Of a DNA stretch of 39,739 bases, positions 12,001-21,765 are shown in pieces. Under the pieces are notes generated by a model, which saw only the letters and a list, made by a program, of their open reading frames with translations, searched no databases and was not told the origin of the DNA. Source of the stretch: Utricularia gibba (taxonomy: Eukaryota; Plantae; Magnoliophyta); contig NEEC01000357.1 of assembly GCA_002189035.1 (NCBI GenBank), forward strand, positions 1 to 39,739, written 5' to 3'. The translations under genes were made by a program, and so were the position numbers. Position 1 is the stretch's first letter, and each line of letters opens with the position of its first letter.

Positions 12001-15000
12001 AAAAGCTTGTCGTTTTGGGCGGGTGATGTCGTTGTGAACTTCGTTCTGACCAAGGTTCGGTCTGACTCCTTTGCCACATCGGTCCTACTCGACGAAAATC
12101 GTGATGCAGTTATTGAAGTTAGGATTCATGAGCACCCAAAATGGTTTTCTCAACCGCATGCTTTATATTTGATAAGGCGCTCTCGTGGGGCAACGGTATC
12201 GAGCAGGAGGTCGAGTCGAGCTCGGGCCCATAGTCATTTGTAGCCGGCAAAAAACTTGATGCATTTATTAACGTTGGTTTTAATAGGCTGCCTAATGGTT
12301 TCTCAAGGAAAAGCTTGTCGTTTTTGGGCGGGTGATGTCGTTGTGAACTTCGTTCTGACCAAGGTTCGGTCTGACTCCTTTGCCACATCGGGTCCTACTC
12401 GACGAAAATCGTGATGCAGTTATGAAGTTAGGATTCATGAGCACCCAAAATGGTTTTCTCAACCGCATGCTTTATATTTGAGGAGGCGCTCTCGTGGGGC
12501 AACGGTATCGAGCAGGAGGTCGAGTCGAGCTCGGGCCCATAGTCATTTGTAGCCGGCAAAAAATTGATGCATTTATTAACGTTGGTTTTAATAGGCTGCC
12601 TACATGGTTTCTCAAGGAAAAGCTTGTCGTTTTTGGGCGGGTGATGTCGTTGGAACTTCGTTCTGACCCAGGTTCGGTCTGACTCCTTTGCCACATCGGG
12701 TCCTACTCGACGAAAATCGTGATGCAGTTATTGAAGTTAGGATTTCATGAGCACCCAAAATGGTTTTCTCAACCGCATGCTTTATATTTGATAGGCTCTC
12801 GTGGGGCAACGGTATCGAGCAGGAGGTCGAGTCGAGCTCGGGCCCATAGTCATTTGTAGCTCGGCAAAAATTGATGCATTTATTAACGTTGGTTATTAGG
12901 CTGCCTACATGTTTCTCAAGGAAAAGCTTCGTTTTGGGGTGATGTCGTTGGAACTTCGTTCTGACCAAGGTTCGTCTGACTCCTTTGCCACATCGGGTCC
13001 TACTCGACGAAAATCGTGATGCAGTTATTGAAGTTAGGATTCATGAGCACCCAAAATGGTTTTCTCAACCGCATGCTTTATATTTGATAGGCGCTCTCGT
13101 GGGGCAACGGTATCGAGCAGGAGGTCGAGTCGAGCTCGGCCCATAGTCATTTGTAGCCGGCAAAAAAATTGATGCATTTATTAACGTTGGTTTAATAGGC
13201 TGCACATGGTTTTCTCAAGGAAAAGCTTGTCGTTTTTGGGCGGGTGATGTCGTTGTGAACTTCGTTCTGACCCAAGGTTCGGTCTGACTCCTTTGCCAAT
13301 CGGTCCTACTCGACGAAAATCGTGATGCAGTTATTGAAGTTAGGATTTCATGAGCACCAAAATGGTTTTCTCAACCGCATGCTTTATATTTGAGGAGGCG
13401 CTCTCGTGGGGCAACGGTATCGAAAAGGTCGAGTCGAGCTCGGCCCAGAGTCATTTGTAGCCGGCAAAAAATTGATGCATTTATTAACGTTGGGTTTTAA
13501 TAGGCTGCCTACATGGTTTCTCAAGGAAAAGCTTGTCGTTTCTGGGCGGGTGATGTCAACTTCGTTCTGACCAAGGTTCGGTCTGACTCCTTTGCCACAT
13601 CGGGTCCTACTCGACGAAAATCGTGATGCAGTTATTGAAGTTAGATTCATGAGCACCCAAAATGGTTTTCTCAACCGCATGCTTTATATTTGATAAGGCG
13701 CTCTCGTGGGGCAACGGTATCGAGCAGGAGGTCGAGTCGAGCTCGGGCCCAGAGTCATTTGTAGCCCGGCAAAAAAATTGATGCATTTATTAACGTTGGT
13801 TTTAGGCTGCCTACATAGTTTCTCAAGGAAAAGCTTGTCGTTTCTGGCGGGTGATGTCGTTGGGAACTTCGTTCTGACCCAGGTTCGTCTGACTCCTTTG
13901 CCACATCGGGTCCTACTCGACGAAAATCGTGATGCAGTTATTGAAGTTAGGATTCATGAGCACCCAAAATGGTTTTCTCAACCGCATGCTTTATATTTGA
14001 GGAGGCGCTCTCGTGGGGCAACGGTATCGAGCAGGAGGTCGAGTCGAGCTCGGGCCCATAGTCATTTGTAGCTCGGCAAAAAACTTGATGCATTTATTAA
14101 CGTTGGGTTTAATAGGCTGCCTACATAGTTTTCTCAAGGAAAAGCTTGTCGTTTTTGGGCGGGTGATGTCGTTGGAACTTCGTTCTGACCCAAGGTTCGG
14201 TCTGACTCCTTTGCCACATCGGGTCCTACTCGACGAAAATCGTGATGCAGTTATTGAAGTTAGGATTCATGAGCACCCAAAATGGTTTTCTCAACCGCAT
14301 GCTTTATATTTGATAAGGCGCTCTCGTGGGGCAACGGTATCGAGCAGGAGGTCGAGTCGAGCTCGGGCCCATAGTCATTTGTAGCTCGGCAAAAAATTGA
14401 TGCATTTATTAACGTTGGTTTTTTAATAGGCTGCCTACATGGTTTCTCAAGGAAAAGCTTGTCGTTTTTGGCGGGTGATGTCGTTGTGAACTTCGTTCTG
14501 ACCAAGGTTCGGTCTGACTCCTTTGCCACATCGGGTCCTACTCGACGAAAATCGTGATGCAGTTATTGAAGTTAGGATTCATGAGCACCCAAAATGGTTT
14601 TCTCAACCGCATGCTTTATATTTGAGGAGGCGCTCTCGTGGGGCAACGGTATCGAGCAGGAGGTCGAGTCGAGCTCGGGCCAGAGTCATTTGTAGCCCGG
14701 CAAAAAATTGATGCATTTATTAACGTTGGTTATTAGGCTGCCTACATGTTTCTCAAGGAAAAGCTTGTCGTTTCTGGCGGGTGATGTCGTTGGGAACTTC
14801 GTTCTGACCCAAGGTTCGGTCTGACTCCTTTGCCACATCGGGTCCTACTCGACGAAAATCGTGATGCAGTTATTGAAGTTAGGATTCATGAGCACCCAAA
14901 ATGGTTTTCTCAACCGCATGCTTTATATTTGATAGGCGCTCTCGTGGGGCAACGGTATCGAGCAGAGGTCGAGTCGAGCTCGGGCCCATAGTCATTTGTA

Positions 15001-17080
15001 GCTCGGCAAAAAACTTGATGCATTTATTAACGTTGGTTTTAATAGGCTGCCTACATGGTTTTCTCAAGGAAAAGCTTGTCGTTTTTGGGCGGGTGATGTC
15101 GTTGTGAACTTCGTTCTGACCCAAGGTTCGGTCTGTCTCCTTTGCCAAATCGGTCCTACTCGACGAAAATCGTGATGCAGTTATTGAAGTTAGGATTTCA
15201 TGAGCACCCAAAATGGTTTTCTCAACCGCATGCTTTATATTTGAGGAGGCGCTCTCGTGGGGCAACGGTATCGAGCAGGAGGTCGAGTCGAGCTCGGGCC
15301 CATAGTCATTTGTAGCCGGCAAAAAACTTGATGCATTTATTAACGTTGGTTTTAATAGGCTGCCTACATGTTTTCTCAAGGAAAAGCTTGTCGTTTTTGG
15401 GCGGGTGATGTCGTTGGAACTTCGTTCTGACCCAAGGTTCGGTCTGACTCCTTTGCCACATCGGGTCCTACTCGACGAAAATCGTGATGCAGTTATTGAA
15501 GTTAGGATTCATGAGCACCCAAAATGGTTTTCTCAACCGCATGCTTTATATTTGATAAGGCGCTCTCGTGGGGCAACGGTATCGAGCAGGAGGTCGAGTC
15601 GAGCTCGGCCCAGAGTCATTTGTAGCCCGGCAAAAAATTGATGCATTTATTAACGTTCTATTAGGCTGCCTACATAGTTTCTCAAGGAAAAGCTTGTCGT
15701 TTCTGGCGGGTGATGTCGTTGGGAACTTCGTTCTGACCCAAGGTTCGGTCTGACTCCTTTGCCACATCGGTCCTACTCGACGAAAATCGTGATGCAGTTA
15801 TTGAAGTTAGGATGTCATGAGCACCCAAAATGGTTTTCTCAACCGCATGCTTTATATTTGAGGAGGCGCTCTCGTGGGGCAACGGTATCGAGCAGGAGGT
15901 CGAGTCGAGCTCGGGCCCATAGTCATTTGTAGCAAAAAAAATTGATGCATTTATTAACGTTGGGTTTTAATAGGCTGCCTACATTGTTTCTCAAGGAAAA
16001 GCTTGTCGTTTTTGGGCGGGTGATGTCGTTGGAACTTCGTTCTGACCCAAGGTTCGGTCTGACTCCTTTGCCACATCGGGTCCTACTCGACGAAAATCGT
16101 GATGCAGTTATTGAAGTTAGGATTCATGAGCACCCAAAATGGTTTTCTCAACCGCATGCTTTATATTTGATAAGGCGCTCTCGTGGGGCAACGGTATCGA
16201 GCAGGAGGTCGAGTCGAGCTCGGGCCATAGTCATTTGTAGCTCGGCAAAAAACTTGATGCATTTATTAACGTTGGTTTTAATAGGCTGCCTACATGTTTC
16301 TCAAGGAAAAGCTTGTCGTTTTGGGCGGTGATGTCGTTGGAACTTCGTTCTGACCAAGTTCGGTCTGACTCCTTTGCCACATCGGTCCTACTCGACGAAA
16401 ATCGTGATGCAGTTATTGAAGTTAGGATTTCATGAGCACCCAAAATGGTTTTCTCAACCGCATGCTTTATATTTGATAAGGCGCTCTCGTGGGGCAACGG
16501 TATCGAGCAGGAGGTCGAGTCGAGCTCGGGCCCATAGTCATTTGTAGCCGGCAAAAAACTTGATGCATTTATTAACGTTGGTTTTAATAGGCTGCCTACA
16601 TGGTTTTCTCAAGGAAAAGCTTGTCGTTTTGGGCGGGTGATGTCGTTGGAACTTCGTTCTGACCATAGGTTCGGTCTGACTCCTTTGCCACATCGGGTCC
16701 TACTCGACGAAAATCGTGATGCAGTTATTGAAGTTAGGATTCATGAGCACCCAAAATGGTTTTCTCAACCGCATGCTTTATATTTGATAGGCGCTCTCGT
16801 GGGGCAACGGTATCGAGCAGGAGGTCGAGTCGAGCTCGGGCCCAGAGTCATTTGTAGCCCGGCAAAAAATTGATGCATTTATTAACGTTCGGCTTTATTA
16901 GGCTGCCTACATAGTTTCTCAAGGAAAAGCTTGTCGTTTCTGGCGGGTGATGTCGTTGGGAACTTCGTTCGGACCCAAGGTTCGTCTGACTCCTTTGCCA
17001 CATCGGGTCCTACTCGACGAAAATCGTGATGCAGTTATTGAAGTTAGGATTCATGAGCACCCAAAATGGTTTTCTCAACC
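1..17080. repeat. Left array domain: ~55 shorter monomers (mean ~307.5 bp), few private variants, no clear higher-order repeat
   Basis: (16771-168)/54 = 307.5 bp. Lacks the TTAATTAA, GATATC, CCGCCTAAAT, AAGGCACT, GTCACC and CTCAATCG variants common after 17 kb. GGATTCATG dominates instead of GGATGTCATG. Confidence 0.75.
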
Positions 17081-18327
17081 GCATGCTTTATATTTGAGGA
17101 GGCGCTCTCGTGGGGCAACGGTATCGAGCAGGAGGTCGAGTCGAGCTCGGGCCCATAGTCATTTGTAGCTCGGCAAAAAACTTGATGCATTAATTAACGT
17201 TGGGTTTTAATAGGCGCCTACATTGTTTTCTCAAGGAAAAGCTTGTCGTTTTGGGCGGGTGATTTCGTTGTGAACTTCGTTGACCCAAGTTCGGTCTGAC
17301 TCCTTTGCCACATCGGGTCCTACTCGACGAAAATCGTGATGCAGTTATTGAAGTTAGGATGTCATGAGCACCCAAAATGGTTTTCTCAACCGCATGCTTT
17401 ATATTTGATAAGGTGCTCTCGTGGGGCAACGGTATCGAGTAGGAGGTCGAGTCGAGCTCGGGCCCATAGTCATTTGTAGCTCGGCAAAAAACTTGATGCA
17501 TTTATTAACGGTTGGTTTTAATAGGCTGCCTAAATGGTTTTCTCAAGGAAAAGCTTGTCGTTTTTGGGCGGGTGATGTCGTTGTGAACTTCGTTCTGACC
17601 CAAGGTTCGGTCTGTCTCCTTTGCCAAATCTGGTCCTACTCGACGAAAATCGTGATGCAGTTATTGAAGTTAGGATTTCATGAGCACCCAAAATGGTTTC
17701 TCAATCGCATGCTTTATATTTGAGGAGGCTCTCTAGTGGGGCAACGGTATCGGGCAGAGGTCGAGTCGAGCTCGGCCCAGAGTCATTTGTAGCCCGGCAA
17801 AAAAATTGATGCATTATTAACGTTCGGTTTATTAGGCTGCCTACATAGTTTCTCAAGAAAAAGCTTGTCGTTTCTGGGCGGGTGATGTCTTTTGGAACTT
17901 CGTTCTCACCATAGGTTCGGTCTGACTCCTTTGCCACATCGGGTCCTACTCGACGAAAATCGTGATGCAGTTATTGAAGTTAGGATATCATGAGCACCCA
18001 AAATGGTTTTCTCAACCGCATGCTTTATATTTGATAAGGCACTCTCGTGGGCAACGGTATCGAGCACAGGTCGAGTCGAGCTCGGGCCAGAGTCATTTGT
18101 AGCCCGGCAAAAAAATTGATGCATTTATTAATGTTCGGCTTTATAGGCTGCCTACATAGTTTCTCAAGGAAAAGCTTGTCGTTTTTACGCGGGTGATGTC
18201 GTTGAGAACTTCGTTCGACCCAAGGTTCTGTCTGACTCCTTTGCCACATCGGGTCCTACTCGACGAAAATCGTGATGCAGTTATTGAAGTTAGGATGTCA
18301 TGAGCACCCAAAATGCTTTTCTCAACC
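17081..18327. repeat. Single copy of the 4-monomer higher-order unit (~1.25 kb); its second half is also the start of the 13-mer
   Basis: Same ordered variant set as 27066-30821: TTAATTAA plus GATTTCG monomer; AAGGTGCT/GAGTAGG/AATCTGG monomer; CTCTAG/GTCTTTTGG/GATATC monomer; AAGGCACT/GTTGAGAAC monomer. TTAATTAA at 17190 and 18437 (1247 bp apart). Confidence 0.8.
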
Positions 18328-21300
18328 GCATGCTTTATATTTGAGGAGGCGCTCTCGTGGGGCAACGGTATCGAGTAGGAGGTCGAGTCGAGCTCGGCCC
18401 ATAGTCATTTGTAGCTCGGCAAAAAAACTTGATGCATTAATTAACGTTGGGTTTTAATAGAACGCCTACATTGTTTCTCAAGGAAAAGCTTGTCGTTTTT
18501 GGGCGGGTGATGTCGTTGTGAACTTCGTTTTGACCATAGGTTCTGTCTGACTCCTTTGCCACATCGGTCCTACTCAAACAAAAATCGTGATGCAGTTATT
18601 GAAGTTAGGATGTCATGAGCACCCAAAATGGTTTTCTCAACCGCATGCTTTATATTTGAGGAGGCGCTCTCGTGGGGCAACGGTATCGAGCAGGAGGTCG
18701 AGTCGAGCTCGGGCCCATAGTCATTTGTAGCTCGGCAAAAAACTTGATGCATTTATTAACGGTTGGTTTTAATAGGCCGCCTAAATGGTTTTCTCATGGA
18801 AAAGATTGTCGTTTTTGGGGGTGATGTCGTTGTGAACTTCGTTGTGACCAAGGTTCGGTCTGTCACCTTTGCCAAATCTGGTCCTACTCGACGAAAATCG
18901 TGATGCAGTTATTGAAGTTAGATTTCATGAGCACCCAAAATGGTTTTCTCAACCGCATGCTTTATATTTGAGGAGGCGCTCTTGGGGCAACGGTATCGAG
19001 CAGAGGTCGAGTCGAGCTCGGCCCATAGTCATTTGTAGCTCGGCAAAAAACTTGATGCATTTATTAACGGTTGGTTTTAATAGGCCGCCTAAATGGTTTT
19101 CTCATGAAAAGCTTGTCGTTTTTGGCGGGTGATGTCGTTGTGAACTTCGTTCTGACCATAGGTTCGGTCTGACTCCTTTGCCACATCGGGTCCTACTCGA
19201 CGAAAATCGTGATGCAGTTATTGAAGTTAGGATGTCATGAGCACCCAAAAGTGTTTTTCTCAACCGCATGCTTTATATTTGAGGAGGCGCTCTCGTGGGG
19301 CAACGGTATCGAGCAGGACGTCGAGTCGAGCTCGGGCCCAGAGTCATTTGTAGCCCGACAAAAATATTGATGCATTTATTAACGTTCGGGCTATTAGGCT
19401 GCCTACATAGTTTCTCAAGGAAAAGCTTGTCGTTTCTGGCGGGTGATGTCGTTGGGAACTTCGTTCGACCCAAGGTTCTGTCTGACTCCTTTGCCACATC
19501 GGGTCCTACTCAACGAAAATCGTGATGCAGTTATTGAAGTTAGGATGTCATGAGCACCCAAAATGGTTTTCTCAACCGCATGCTTTATATTTGAGGAGGC
19601 GCTCTCGTGGGGCAACGGTATCGAGCAGGAGGTCGAGTCGAGCTCGGGCCCATAGTCATTTGTAGCTCGGCAAAAAACTTGATGCATTTATTAACGGTTG
19701 GTTTTAATAGGCCGCCTAAATGGTTTTCTCAAGGAAAAGCTTGTCGTTTTTGGCGGGTGATGTCGTTGTGAACTTCGTTCTGACCATAGGTTCGGTCTGA
19801 CTCCTTTGCCACATCGGGTCCTACTCGACGAAAATCGTGATGCAGTTATTGAAGTTAGGATTTCATGAGCACCCAAAATGTTTTCTCAACCGCATGCTTT
19901 ATATTTGAGGAGGCGCTCTCGTGGGGCAACGGTATCGAGCAGGAGGTCGAGTCGAGCTCGGGCCCATAGTCATTTGTAGCTCGGCAAAAAATTTGATGCA
20001 TTTATTAACGTTGGTTTTAATAGGCTGCCTAAATGGTTTTCTCAAGGAAAAGCTTGTCGTTTTTGGGCGGGTGATGTCGTTGTGAACTTCGTTTGACCCA
20101 AGGTTCGGTCTGACCTTTGCCAAATCGGGTCCTACTCGACGAAAATCGTGATGCAGTTATTGAAGTTAGGATTTCATGAGCACCCAAAAGGGTTTTCTCA
20201 ACCGCATGCTTTATATTTGATAAGGCACTCTCGTGGGGCAACGGTATCGAGCAGGAGGTCGAGTCGAGCTCGGTCCCAGAGTCATTTGTAGCCGCAAAAA
20301 ATATTGATGCATTTATTAACGTTGGGCTATAGGCTGCCTACATAGTTTCTCAAGGAAAAGCTTGTCGTTTCTGCGCGGGTGATGTCGTTGGGAACTTCGT
20401 TCGGACCCAAGGTTCTGTCTGACTCCTTTGCCACATCGGGTCCTACTCGACGAAAATCGTGATGCAGTTATTGAAGTTAGGATGTCATGAGCACCCAAAA
20501 TGGTTTTCTCAACCGCATGCTTTATATTTGAGGCGCTCTCGTGGGCAACGGTATCGAGCAGGAGGTCGAGTCGAGCTCGGGCCCATAGTCATTTGTAGCT
20601 CGGCAAAAAACTTGATGCATTTATTAACGGTTGGTTTTAATAGGCCGCCTAAATGGTTTTCTCAGGAAAAGCTTGTCGTTTTTGGGCGGGTGATGTCGTT
20701 GTGAACTTCGTTCTGACCCAAGGTTCGGTCTGTCACCTTTGCCAAATCTGGTCCTACTCGACGAAAATCGTGATGCAGTTATTGAAGTTAGGATTTCATG
20801 AGCACCCAAAATGGTTTTCTCAACCGCATGCTTTATATTTGAGGAGGCGCTCTCGTGGGGCAACGGTATCGAGCAGGAGGTCGAGTCGAGCTCGGGCCCA
20901 TAGTCATTTGTAGCTCGGCAAAAAACTTGATGCATTTATTAACGTTGGTTTTAATAGGCCGCCTAAATGGTTTTCTCAAGGAAAAGCTTGTCGTTTTTGG
21001 GCGGGTGATGTCGTTGTGAACTTCGTTCTGACCATAGGTTCGGTCTGACTCCTTTGCCACATCGGGTCCTACTCGACGAAAATCGTGATGCAGTTATTGA
21101 AGTTAGGATGTCATGAGCACCCAAAATGGTTTTCTCAACCGCATGCTTTATATTTGAGGAGGCGCTCTCGTGGGGCAACGGTATCGAGCAGGAGGTCGAG
21201 TCGAGCTCGGGCCCATAGTCATTTGTAGCTCGGCAAAAAATTTGATGCATTTATTAACGGTTGGTTTTAATAGGCCGCCTAAATGGTTTCTCAGGAAAAG

Positions 21301-21765
21301 CTTGTCGTTTTTGGGCGGGTGATGTCGTTGTGAACTTCGTTGTGACCAGGTTCGGTCTGACTCCTTTGCCACATCGGGTCCTACTCGACGAAAATCGTGA
21401 TGCAGTTATTGAAGTTAGGATGTCATGAGCACCCAAAATGGTTTTCTCAACCGCATGCTTTATATTTGAGGAGGCGCTCTCGTGGGGCAAACGGTATCGA
21501 GCAGGAGGTCGAGTCGAGCTCGGGCCCATAGTCATTTGTAGCTCGGCAAAAAATTGATGCATTTATTAACGGTTGGTTTTAATAGGCCGCCTAAATGGTT
21601 TTCTCAGGAAAAGCTTGTCGTTTTTGGGCGGGTGATGTCGTTGTGAACTTCGTTGTGACCCAAGTTCGGTCTGTCACCTTTGCCAAATCTGGTCCTACTC
21701 GACGAAAATCGTGATGCAGTTATTGAAGTTAGGATTTCATGAGCACCCAAAATGGTTTCTCAATC
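17707..21765. repeat. 13-monomer higher-order repeat, copy 1 (~4.06 kb)
   Basis: Rare variants recur about 4063 bp downstream: GATATC 17984/22047, AATGTTCGG 18130/22193, TTAATTAA 18437/22501, TTTGACCATAGGTTCTG ~18529/22591, CACCCAAAAGGG 20181/24247. Confidence 0.85.
20826..21140. repeat. Representative near-full-length monomer (315 bp), made of two diverged ~157-158-bp subunits
   Basis: GCATGC anchors at 20826 and 21141. Homologous subunit cores start at 20914, 21072 and 21229 (spacing 158 and 157 bp). ATGGTTTTCTCAA occurs at both 20967 and 21126. Confidence 0.9.
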
